Assembly: GCF_032191835.1 (NCBI RefSeq)
Contig: NC_083228.1
Span: forward strand, 22,692,001-22,756,000
Reading direction: 5' to 3'
Origin: Heteronotia binoei
Lineage: Eukaryota
Length of the DNA stretch: 64,000 bases
This document shows positions 1 to 10,185 of this stretch, piece by piece. The position numbers and the translations under genes were made by a program. Below the pieces are notes generated by a model. That model was not told the origin of the DNA and ran no database searches. It was given only the letters and a program-made list of their open reading frames with translations. Each line of letters starts with the position of its first letter. The first letter of the stretch is position 1.

Positions 1-246
1 CGACTCTGGGGTGATGTCGCATCACGATGTTTTCATGGTAGACTTTTTAACGGTGTGGTTTGCCATTGCCTTCCCCAGTCATCTACACTTTCCCCCCAGC
101 AAGGTGGGTACTCATTTTACCGACCTCAGAAGGATGGAAGGCTGAGTCAACCAGGAGCCGGCTACCTGAACCAGCTTCCGCTGGGATCGAACTCAGGTCG
201 TGAGCAGAGCTTAGGACTGCAGTACTGCAAGCTTTACCACTCTGCT
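1..246 (-). mobile_element. Sauria SINE (tRNA head, RTE/Bov-B-type tail), cut by the window edge
   Basis: Minus strand reads GCAGAGTGGTAAAGC (A-box region), GAGTTCGATCCCAGC (B box), GTTGACTCAGCCTTCCATCCTTC, then GGGGAAGGCAATGGCAAACC. Confidence 0.85.
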
Positions 247-654
247 TCATTTTTAAAAAGCATCCTGTTAAACAAAGCTTCTGCCTGCCCTGAACGGTTG
301 AGTTTTTAACAGTCATGTATAACCTTACTCCCTGACATTCTGTGGCTGGCTTAGCCTCCTGCAATGGCCATTCTGTGGCTGCCCCTACTGCCAAAGGGGC
401 CTGTGGGCTCAGAAAGGGTGGGGACCTCTGGTCTAGAACATTATTTCTATATACAAAATAACTGATGTCCAGGGGCAGCCTTTATGCTATTCTTCACAAA
501 TCATACCACCATTATCCCATTATAGGAATGTAGTTAGATAATGACTCCTCTTATTGTGGACATTTTGTTTACAATACTGGTTAACCAGAGACTTAGTATT
601 ATATAATCACAGCAATATTGTTTTCATTTTCAGTACTCCTATCACTTCTCCATT

Positions 655-860
655 TATTTTACTCATTTATTCCCTACTTTTCTCCCCAATGAGTATCAAA
701 ACTCCCCTTCTCCGCTTTATCCTCACAACCACCAGGTGGGATAGTTTAGACTGACAGTGTGTAACTAACCCAATGTCATCCAGCAGGTTTCCATCGTAGA
801 GGGTATTTGAACCTGGGTCTCCCAGATCCTAGTCTGACACTCTAGCCACTCCGCAATGCT
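655..860 (-). mobile_element. Old Ther1/MIR-like tRNA-CORE SINE
   Basis: tRNA-like head (reverse of ttgaacctgggtctcccagatcc...ccactc) and TAAA-type tail; similar copies at 3110, 57375 and 63010. Confidence 0.55.
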
Positions 861-914
861 GCATCTTTTTTTTTGGGGGGGGGGGGGGGAGGAGGTTTTA
901 TTTGTGTGTGTGTG

Positions 915-1120
915 TACCTGGAAGTCAGGGCAACTTCTGGTGACTGACCCCTACTGGGGGCATGGAAGATATTCAGAGAGGTGGCTGAATAAAGGCTGCC
1001 CCTGCCCTCCCAGTTCTGGTACTCCAAGGAGGTCTCCCATCCAAGTACTTGCTTGAGTCATCCCTGCTTAGCTTCCAAGATCTGATAAGAGTGGGCTTGC
1101 CTGCGTTATCCAGGTCCGGG
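915..1120 (-). mobile_element. 5S rRNA-derived SINE (SINE3), variant subfamily
   Basis: Minus strand GATCTTGGAAGCTAAGCAGGG...AGTACTTGGATGGGAGACC matches the 5S internal control region, followed by a non-rRNA tail and (CA)n. Confidence 0.8.
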
Positions 1121-1291
1121 CCATAATGCTTTCTCTTGTCCATAAAATCCAATTAAAAATGTTTACAATCAAGTTATTTTTAAAAATTACTTTAACTTTC
1201 CAAATGGATTTGACAACAAAGTTCTCCATGTTCAGGAATTTCAGAGTAAAAGAATGATGGAACATGTGTTTGAATAGAGAGCATCCTGACC

Positions 1292-2619
1292 TTCTCCCTC
1301 TGAGGGAGGACGTCTTGTGGGTGATTTCCCATTCTAATTGTAGGGAGCCAGGAACAAATTTTCAACTTCCTGTTCCTGCTGGGAGTCACCTACTTTCCTC
1401 ACCTCAATCTTACCGATTCCCCACCTGGAAACTACACACCGTCTTAAGCTCCATTTGAACCAATCAAAGACATCTCCATGGCATTCCTTCGGATGAAGGT
1501 TATGTTTTTAACAGCTGTAACATCTGCCTGTAGGGTTTGAGAGCTAGGGGCATTATCGGTCAATTCAAAGCTTTGCATCTTTCACAAGGACGAAATCGTA
1601 TTGTACACAGACCCCCACATTCCAACCGAAAATAGTTTCTAAGTTCCACACATCACAGGAGAATTGCCTTACCATCTTTCTGTCCTAATCCTAGGCACCC
1701 TAAAGAAAAAGTATGGCACACCCTGGATGCAAAAAGGGCACTAAAAGCCTACATTTACAGAACTGAGACAATAAGAAGACGGATTCCCTTTTTATAAATA
1801 CTTCTCCACCACACACTGGGAAAAAGATGTCCAAAGAGGCAATTAGCAAGGTGATTCGTTTGTGCATATCAGAAGCATACAAAGCACAGAAAATACCAGT
1901 CCCAGATGAGATAACAGCCCATTCTGTCAGACACACGGCCACAAGCACAGCACTAGGGAACAGAGCATCAGTTGAGGAAATCTGCAAGGCAGCGATGTGG
2001 TCCTTCTTGTCTACATTCATCAGACACTATAAAATCAATTCTTACAACTCTGCGGATGCAGCTTTTGGTCGTAGAGTACTGCAGAATATTATGTGAGTCA
2101 CCAGTGGTGTTTACCCTCCCTCACTCTAGGGACACTGCTTTAGGATGTCCCACAAGATGTCCTACCTCAGAGGGAGAATGACCACTGGATACTCACTATG
2201 AAGGGTCCTTCTCCTCTGAGGACAGGAGGACATCTTGGCTCCCCCAGCTTTATGTTGGTGACTCTCAGAGGTTCTTGCCAGTATGTAAGCAATCAGAGTT
2301 AAGAACACATCATCTTACTGTTGCATCAATATATAATATTCAAATACAAGCTTTTCTTGTTTATAACTCATTTAGTCAAACTGTTGTCTATCGTTCAATG
2401 TTTCTTCTTATTTGAATGTTTTTCTAGTAATTTCTTCAATTATGTCATAGCTCCACTGCTTGTGGAGCTGCCGAAATGAGGAAAGTGGGTGACTCCCAGC
2501 AGGAACTGGAAGCTGAAAATTTGTTCTTGCCTCCCTACAAGTAGGATGGGAAATCACCCACAAGATGTCTGTCCGCAGAGAAGGAGGACCCTTCATGGTG
2601 AGTATCCAATGGTCGTTCT
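1292..2619 (+). mobile_element. DIRS-type tyrosine-recombinase retrotransposon, internally deleted (no gag/RT/RNaseH)
   Basis: Left ITR ~1292-1401 is the inverse of right ITR ~2478-2580 (about 90% identical). ICR 2149-2238 is complementary to the left end and to the right extension 2560-2616. TTCT occurs at both termini (1292-1295, 2616-2619). YR remnant inside. Confidence 0.9.
1410..2096 (+). pseudogene. DIRS tyrosine recombinase (YR), frameshifted with a stop
   Basis: Joined frames give FPTWKLHTVL..PFEPIKD..KVMFLTAVTSACRV*ELGALS..LPSFCPNPRHPKEKVWHTLD..AHSVRHTATS..EEICKAAMWS..TFIRHY, containing the R, H-x-x-R, W and Y catalytic motifs. Confidence 0.9.
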
Positions 2620-2653
2620 TTAAAGTTCCAAAAATATAGGAAACTAAACATAC

Positions 2654-2712
2654 CTGTTATGGCAACCTTGCCCTTACAAGCGTCACGGTCTTTAGCAGCA
2701 AAATCTGAACAC
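2654..2712 (-). CDS. RTKN2: Rhotekin-2 coding exon 3 (59 nt)
   Basis: ttttgtcag|G TGT TCA GAT ... ATA ACA G|gtatg; CSDFAAKDRDACKGKVAIT resembles human FESKERTACKGKIAIS; splice phase fits exon 2. Confidence 0.88.
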
Positions 2713-3109
2713 CTGACAAAAGAAGCCAAAAATTCTAATTAAATCAAGTGATGAACTTTTCGTACATTCTTCTTCCATTCAAGAAAAAGTGGCTTAGAGA
2801 CTAGATTAATGGGTATCCAATAATGTCTTACATGCTTCATTTACGAGCCCAGTTAAAAAAGCATTTTTTGTTAATTAACACCCCCACTAGGTTGTGTTAC
2901 TTTCTACTTTTCCAATGTCGTGAGCACAAACAGGGCCCAAAAGATTGTGCCCTGGGAGAGTTTCTCTACTTTCATCCTTTTTTTTCTTTACAGTCATATA
3001 TGTTGCTAAGTCTTCTAGCAACTACCCTACCTCATGCATAACAGAATGTAATGTATAAACAGAAAGATCAAAACCCATTTGAACCTAAAATAATTCTAGA
3101 GTTACTAAA

Positions 3110-3356
3110 TGTTTATTATTTATGCCCTACTTTTCTCCCCAATGGCAGGGAGGGCAGGGTATAAATCGAATTAAACACAAACACAATTTCCATAATTTTC
3201 CTCTCATCCGTGTTAGGCTCATAGCCACCCTGTGAGGCAAGTTAGAGAGAACACATGACCAGCCAAAGATCCCCCAGGGAGTTGCTGTGTCAGAATCGGG
3301 ATTTGAAACCGAGTCTCCCAGATCCTGGCTTGACACTCTGACCATGATGCCACTCC
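3110..3356 (-). mobile_element. Ther1/MIR-like SINE
   Basis: Same head and core motifs as 655-860 (gggatttgaaaccgagtctcccagatcc). Confidence 0.55.
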
Positions 3357-3967
3357 AAGACTATTGATGCAAACAGCAGCTATGTAATGCACTGAATTTC
3401 TCAGTGACCGAGGGCAGGAGGGAATACTGTTGTCAGTGTGGCCCCTCTGTCTCAGCACTTGTGAGGAGCTGAATCACAATTTGGCAACTGCAAAAAAACA
3501 GGACCCCTCGCCATCTCACACACACAGTTCAAAAATAACTGGACTTAAATGTTTCAGAGCATCATAAATTTCACTTTAAAGCCAAATTACCCCACACAAT
3601 TTGTCTTCTGCATCATCCAGCACACTTGAGAACAGTGACACATGTTGCTGTTTGAGATGCACCTCTGCAGAATTATACTGGGGATTCATAAGACATGTCT
3701 ACTGCCACAATTTTAAAAAAACACGTATTTAAATTTAAAAAAATATTTAAACCCCACCTGACCCAGGCCTTTCACTTTTCTGTACCATTCTTTATTCTTA
3801 CCAATAAGTCCCTCAGGCTGAAGGGTTGTGAACCACCTCATCAATCACACCCTCAGCTTTAGGAGTGTGAGGCAAAGTGGGCTCCTTTTGCTTTTATTTT
3901 AACACTCAGGTTTCCTTAGCCTTAACCAGAGGTCAGAGTAGATCCCAACCTGAACCCCCTTTCCACT

Positions 3968-4135
3968 GAACATAAGAGAAGCCATGTTGGATCAGGCCAA
4001 TGGCCCATCCAGTCCAACACTCTGTGTCACACAGTGGCCAACACACACACACATATATATATACACACTGTGGCTAATCGCCACTGATGGACTTCTGCTC
4101 CATATTTTTATCTAACCCCCTCTTGAAGCTGTCTA
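3968..4135 (-). mobile_element. CR1 LINE 3' end fragment
   Basis: gaacataagagaagccatgttggatcaggcc... is the reverse of a CR1 3' UTR ending in a TTCTTATG-type tail. Confidence 0.7.
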
Positions 4136-4195
4136 TAAGAAATGTATAGATCCCACAGAGTTTGCTGTAGATTATATGTATTGATGAGAACATAA

Positions 4196-4437
4196 GAAGA
4201 GTTGGTTTTATATCCTGCTTTTCACTACCTGAAGGAGTCTCAGAGTGGCTTACATTCCCTTTCCCTTCCTCTCCCCACAACAGGCACTCTGTGAAGTAGG
4301 TGGAGCTAAGAGAGCTCTGAGAGAACTGTGACTGACCCAAGGTCAACCAGCTGGATGCATGTGGAGAAGTGGAGAATCAATCCTAGTTCTCCAGGTTAAA
4401 GTCTGCCGCTCCTAGTCACTACACCAAACTGGCTCTC
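4196..4437 (-). mobile_element. Squam3-type SINE
   Basis: Reverse of gccagtttggtgtagtg...ggagaactaggatttgattctccac...; L2-type tail gcaggatataaaacc(TCT)n. Confidence 0.8.
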
Positions 4438-5029
4438 AAGAGTAAGAAGCACACTTATTTTAATTTACTTGGTTAGCATGATGTTTAATGCCTTCCCCTT
4501 CTAAGTTACCAGTGCTAGAAGGTGCTTTGTGCTTACAAAATATGTGCTCTAAGAGTCTCAGGTTTAGAAACAAAAACAAGACAAGCTTTAACATGCCACT
4601 GTTTTTTATAGGAAAAGCATCCAAACCATACTTGTTTAAATAATTTTCTGAAGTCCCTACTGGACTCTCTGACTATGCAGGATACTTCCTGTCCCTTCAG
4701 TTCTTCCTCCAAAACCTGGCCCCTCTTTTTTTCAAGTGATCAGTGGCTGTTAAAACTGCCTCCAGTTCTTCCCCTTCTCTCCAGCTTTTTGTGCAGCCGT
4801 TCAAATTTGATTGGATCGACCTGAACAGGGAAGAAAAGAGGCTGCAATCTTCTCCTGTCATAACTACCTTAGAAACTTCAAACAGTTTGTATTGCTTCAT
4901 TCGTCTGAGAAAATGTAGTACTTTATTTCTATGAGGTGTCTAAACATTTTAAACAGAATTCTTCGCAGCTATACAAAGCTATGGTACTTGGGGCTTCTTG
5001 GTGGAAGCCTTGACAGCTAATTCACATGA

Positions 5030-5390
5030 CACTTGTACAGATCCAAGGTTCTTTTAATGACTCTGCCCAGTCACCCTTGATGCATACTATGCTTCTCTAG
5101 GGAGACCTTCATGAAGCCGCCTTCCTTCAAATCCCTTCTCAAAATACAATTATCTCCTTAAGCTGCCACTTGCCTTCCACCTTCACCTGCAAAAAGGGAC
5201 CAAAGCATGCACAGTTGCATTTTAGTGTATTCATCCCATCTTAATCTTGCATTTTCCCATCCTTCCCTGCCTTTCGTTGCCTCTCTACTGTAAATTATTT
5301 AGAATGTAAGCTTCCTGGAGACAGGCTCAGTTTTCAAGTTCTTGGATATATTGGGCATGGTATGAAATGCCATGTGCTTTGAAAATAAAA
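5030..5390 (+). mobile_element. Ancient L2 3' end
   Basis: ccttccttcaaatcccttctcaaaa and tagaatgtaagcttcctgg resemble L2 terminal motifs; heavily diverged. Confidence 0.35.
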
Positions 5391-5704
5391 TCTATAATAT
5401 ATGTGAAATGCTTTACTAAGAAACTGCCTATTAACTGAAATCTGCTTAAGCAATTCTACCTTTTCAAATCTGTTAGCTGTCCAAATGTGTGAATGACAAC
5501 AGAGTCTTTGACAGTGAGTGCCTGCTTCACTTTAAAACCAGTTCAAATGTTGTCCTTCCAAAAGAAATTAAGAACAAAAAATACCCGATCAAGCAAATGA
5601 CCTGAGCTGGAATGCATCATAGTACTTAAATCAGTACTTAAAAACCCTGAGCAATCTGCTGGCAATGCTTGGCCCCATGGCAGGTACTCATTTTCCTTGC
5701 TCTG

Positions 5705-5918
5705 TAGCCCATACCTGGATAGCCCAGGCTAGCCTGATCTCATCAGATCTCAGAAGCTAAGCAGGGTTGACCCTGGCTAGTACTTAGATGGGAGATATCC
5801 AAGGAATACCAAGGTCATGACACATTGGCAGGCAATGGCAAACTATCTCTGAAAGTCTCCTGCCTAGAAAAATCCTAAGGGGTGTTGCCATAAGTCAGCT
5901 GCGACTTGACAGCAAAAA
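5705..5918 (+). mobile_element. 5S rRNA-derived SINE with RTE/Bov-B-type tail (5S-Sauria-like)
   Basis: gatctcatcagatctcagaagctaagcaggg...agtacttagatgggag (5S box A/C), then ggcaatggcaaac...cataagtcagctgcgacttgac and an A tail. Confidence 0.85.
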
Positions 5919-5944
5919 AATATGCTTATGTAGTTAACTAAACT

Positions 5945-5962
5945 GACCAGCAGATGGCACCA
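5945..5962 (+). promoter_or_regulatory. Candidate CTCF site
   Basis: gaCCAGCAGATGGCACca closely matches the CTCF core CCASYAGRKGGCRS. Confidence 0.45.
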
Positions 5963-6149
5963 ATTAATCATTTTTGTGAAAAAATTACAGACAAGGTTAA
6001 GAACAGCATTAAGCACTGCATGGAACCCTAAGAGATATGTTCAACTTTTCAAATGGTTTGGCCCACCAAACACATTAATATGTCATCTCTGGACAGTCAA
6101 ACATGACTACCAAAGCAGTCCCAAGAGCACGTTTATGGTTCGCACAAGG

Positions 6150-6330
6150 GTTGTTTTTTTTAGAAGCCCAGCAGGAACTCATTTGCATAGTATGCCATAC
6201 CTCCTGATGTCACCATTGTTTCATGTAGGGCTTTTTGTGGGGAAAGTCCAACAGGAACTCATCTGCATATTGGGCCACACCCTCTGATACCAAGTCAGCT
6301 GGAACTGCATTCCTGCTCCAAAAAAAGCCC
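6150..6330 (-). mobile_element. hAT MITE (CAGGGCT TIR, octamer-bearing family)
   Basis: Repeated gcccagcaggaactcat(t/c)tgcata units; same family as 21372, 27290, 34045 and 48838. Confidence 0.7.
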
Positions 6331-6895
6331 AGATTTACACAATTGGTTCTGTTTTCTTCCAGAAAACAATTATTCCCCAATCCTTCCTTAACTGGAGACG
6401 TAAAGATTTTCCATTAAAGGCCCCTGTGTTGCTGTGATATAACTAAAACAGCTTCATTTCATGAGTATATGCTGTTCTTAAGGAGATCCTTTTGAAGGAA
6501 TCTGAACCATGCCCCACAGCTGAAGTGCTCACTGTCACATCAGGCTCCATCCAGTCAATCTCCACCCTCACAGCTGGGCCATTTATATGTTCATCCAGTC
6601 ACACAGAAGCCAGAGAAACCTGCTTCTATTTAAAGTGCTCTCTTACGTGTCCCATGCAACATCAATGAGCTTTCCCACCTATCACAATATCTCTTGTATT
6701 TCCCTCTAAGGGGCTCTATGTGACATACATAACTGTCCTCCTCCATCTTATCCTCAGAACAACCCATCCTTGAAGGTTATGCTGTGACAAAATGTCAGCC
6801 AGTGAATATTATGGACATTTGAACTCCAGCTTAAACACTATACTTAGGTTTGCAGGATCACTCTATTGGAATACTGCCTCTGTAATGAGACTATT

Positions 6896-6944
6896 AGGCA
6901 GCTCCATGGCACAGAGCGTTAAAGCTGCAGTACCTTTACTTTTT
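6896..6944 (+). mobile_element. 49-bp head-plus-tail mini Sauria SINE with 13-bp TSD
   Basis: TAATGAGACTATT at 6883-6895 and 6945-6957 flanks ggcagctccatggcacagagcgttaaagctgcagtac joined to ctttacttttt. Confidence 0.8.
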
Positions 6945-7012
6945 TAATGAGACTATTGCATTTTCAGCCTCAACAGCATTAAAAAAGAGGACATTTTTGC
7001 ATTCACACATTA

Positions 7013-7695
7013 GGGCTGCGGTCGCACTCACCATTAAATCCATCCCTAACCCGTCGCTATTATACCCCGCAGCTTTTTAACAACGAATTTCCTGATCAGA
7101 CATCCCTCCATCCTTAGGTTCTAAGCAGCATTGGTCCCATTCGTTGGTTGATCAGAGGTCTCAACCGGACCTCATTTTTTGAGATGGCATTCCGCACTCG
7201 CACAAGCGCAGTACCATGGGATGTGCTTGGCTTAAAAAAAAAAAAAAAAGGTGCCAGAAAAGGTGGGCGATCTGACACCCCCCCCCCCAATTTAAACACC
7301 CGGCCAGGGAGGGGAAGCCCAGGAGTTCTCTTTGCTGTCTCTCCACCTGGCAGGGAAACGGCAAAGATGGGTCATCTCCCCCCCCCCCCCGCATTTAAAC
7401 GGGACAGGGTAAAAGCCGGAATGGGCCGGAACAGGCATCAAACAACGTAGACTGTCACAAAAAATGAACACCCCGCTAGGTGTTTAAATGGGGGGGGGGA
7501 GCACGGGAACTCTCTTTGCCGTCTCTCCACCTGGTGGGGAGAAGGCAAAGGTGGCCGATCTGACTTTTCCTCACATTTAAACACCCCACCTGGGTGTTTA
7601 AAGGGGGGGTGGGAAGCCCGGAAACTGCCTTTACCATCTCCCTGCCTGGCAGGGAGACGGCAAAGGTGGGCGATCTGCCTTCCTCCCCCCCATTT
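7013..7695 (+). mobile_element. PIF/Harbinger-like non-autonomous element, one end only, with three internal hairpin modules
   Basis: TTA then GGGCTGCGGTCGCAC (TWA target, GGG/GGC-type TIR); CpG-rich; matching second TIR not found. Confidence 0.4.
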
Positions 7696-7880
7696 AGGAA
7701 AGGTCCCCTGTGCAAGCACCAGTCGTTTTCGATTCTGGCATGACACTGCTTTCACAAAGTTTTCATGGCAGACCTTTTACGGGGTGGTTTGCCATTGCCT
7801 TCCCCGGTCATTACACTTTCCCCCCCAGCAAGCTGGGTACATATTTTACCGACCTCGGAAGGTTGGAAGGCTGAGTCAAC
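7696..7880 (-). mobile_element. Sauria SINE, 5'-truncated
   Basis: aggaaaggtcccctgtgcaagcaccag...ggtttgccattgcc...gacctcggaaggttggaaggctgagtcaac. Confidence 0.85.
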
Positions 7881-8664
7881 AATTGCTGGCACAATTATAT
7901 CATTTGGAGTGGGCTCTTGCAGGGAAGCGGATGTGCGCTTGCAACGAGTCGGCTACAATGGAGCGTTCAAACATAGAAAGTACACGTGGGAGTCGTTGGA
8001 AGCATTCTTATTCTGGATTACTATCAAAATGTACTATCAAAGAAGTCCGCGTCTCAGTTGTGGCAGTTCGGGACACGAACGAGCCAACGACCATTGCCAG
8101 ATGCTGATGTTTGGACAACCACATAAAATCTGACATGCATCTGGCTTTCATCCATGCCCATCTCGTCAGTTTATGTGCATCTGACCTCAGCCTATGAGAT
8201 CTTTCAGGCTTATCAAGCGTGCAAGACTGGACAATTGCATCAAATGTAAACAGAGAAGAATAAACCTGAAAACATTATCTTTAGATGAAGGAGCAAACAT
8301 TATAAAGGGAATAATGCTTGATCCACCTGCAGTGTCTCCTTCTATGGATTTCCATCTACACAACTCCCTGTATAAGAGGGATGAATATCCTTGGAATACT
8401 TCATCTGGAAAAGTAGCCTCCAGCCCAAAATTTGTGTCCTCATTCTGAAGGATTACAACCCATTTTCAATTAGCACCTCCTTTGAGTGGACTGCCCCCTG
8501 ACACCTATCTCATTCGCATCACATTCCTTTGCTGACACTAGGCTCTTCCAGTCAGTCCTTAAAGGATTCTGTGAGTCACAGCTCCTCCACAAGGATCCCA
8601 GATAGAGCATTTGCTTGGAATGCAAAAGATGTCATTCAATTCCTGACATCTCCACTTCAAAGAG

Positions 8665-8785
8665 TAGAAGTAGCAAGTGTTGGGAAAGACACTGCCTGAG
8701 ACTGTGGAGAGCTGCTGCTGGTCAGAATACACAATACCAAGCTAGATGGAACAACAGTCTGACTCAAGTGTGGCAGCTTCGCCTA
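8665..8785 (+). mobile_element. 3' part of a tRNA SINE with CR1-like tail
   Basis: gagactgtggagagctgctgc...gctagatgga...ctgactcaagtgtggcagcttc; related pieces at 9296, 37310 and 37941. Confidence 0.5.
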
Positions 8786-9150
8786 TCTGCTTTCCAACAG
8801 CGTAGAAGGAACTGTGGGAGCATCTCTGCCTGATGGGTGAGATTGAAGCTGCATTTCTGTTCCCTCCTTTGTTAATGGTATTTAAGGCTCAGCAAGGCCG
8901 AAGGTTTAAGCCAAAGGGCTGTTGGCCCAAAGCCAGTAGCTCTGAGATGTTCCTGGGTTCATTGGCCTAGCTCATTCGTTTTTCTGGGTTGCTCAAATTA
9001 TATTTTTGTGTTTCTTATGTAAGCTGCTTTGAATCCTGGAAGTGGGAGAAGAATGGGGTGAAAATGTGTAAAAATTAACAAAGAGCACACAGCTGTCAAC
9101 AGTTAAGGCATTTGTGAATATTCTGAGATGTATTATCACAGCATCAACAG

Positions 9151-10022
9151 TAGGGGTGTGTATTTTTATATACTGGTCCAAATGTACGTCTTAAAAATAC
9201 CTTATCAGTATTTTCTGAATATATTCAGGTCTCCGGATAGTATCTGGGATTTTTTGGGATACCGAAAAAAGGGTCTGGAAAATCCCAGAAATATTTGAAC
9301 ACATATGAACATATGAAGCTGCCTTATACCGAATCAGACCCTCAGTCCATCAAAGTCAGCATTGTCTACTCAGACCGGCAGCGGCTCTCCAGGGTCTATT
9401 TGGCAGTAACTGGGAATATCGGGAGCCAGCATTTTAAGGCTCCTGAGACTGTTCTCTAACTTTACATTTGTTGGGCTCACAACAGCATTCCTATTGGGTT
9501 GGCTTTGGCGATTCTTCAGTTTGACATTGGCTTGGATTCTCGAGTTTTGCATTAGGCTTGCCACGCTGTCAGTGCTTCTGTCGAGATTGCCAAGTTCTGC
9601 ATTGGTTCTTTGGGCTTGTTGATTCTGATTCTGTCTGCCTTTGGCTAGGAGTTGCATTCCTTGCACCTGTGTCTTTGGCTATTCTCTGTCCTGTAGAAAG
9701 CATGGCATTTATCCCTCCACCTATGGGCACCATAAAATTGGACCTCTTGATCCAATTCACTTGAAACTTGGGAGCTATTTAAAAGAAAGTGTTACTACAA
9801 TTTTAATTCCGTTTCCTCACATAACAGGCCCTCCAGAAAGATTCCCCCCACCCAGGAAATAATGGAACCAAATAATATTGGAATCCGGGGTGGGGGTGGG
9901 ATCAGATCCAAACTGGTATTTGGAACCTAGATAACCAGAAGTACCAGTATTTTTGGCCTCTTGATATTGGGATCTGGAAAACTTTTTTTTTCTTTCTTTC
10001 TTTTTTGAGGTGCACATCCCTA
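9151..10022. mobile_element. hAT non-autonomous element
   Basis: TIRs TAGGGGTGTG / GCACATCCCTA; 8-bp flanks ATCAACAG / CTCAAGAG (6/8). Confidence 0.6.
9296..9396 (-). mobile_element. SINE 3' tail fragment nested in the hAT element
   Basis: gaacatatgaacatatgaagctgccttataccgaatcagacc... is the reverse of a (TTCATATG)n-tailed element. Confidence 0.65.
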
Positions 10023-10185
10023 CTCAAGAGAATTCAAGGGTCTTAAAAGTTTGTATGCACAATGCCCAGTCTGCACAAAACTAATAATTATGGGACAAAC
10101 CTTAGGTTATGTGATATATTAAACATCAGAAATCTCAATGCATTGTTCCTGACTGCTCTGCTGTATGGTTGACCCTCTCTGTTAC

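Noticed and set aside
4868-4904. Microexon supplying the 12 'missing' RTKN2 codons
   Set aside because: Good acceptor, but 37 nt to the next GT gives the wrong phase for exon 3, and the peptide is unrelated.
5705-5812. 5S rRNA gene
   Set aside because: Only the internal control region resembles 5S; the 5' end is altered and it runs into a LINE-type tail. Diverged dispersed copies indicate a SINE.
9370-9666. Q/N-rich 98-aa ORF
   Set aside because: Reverse of a TTG/TTGGC-rich hAT interior; compositional artefact.
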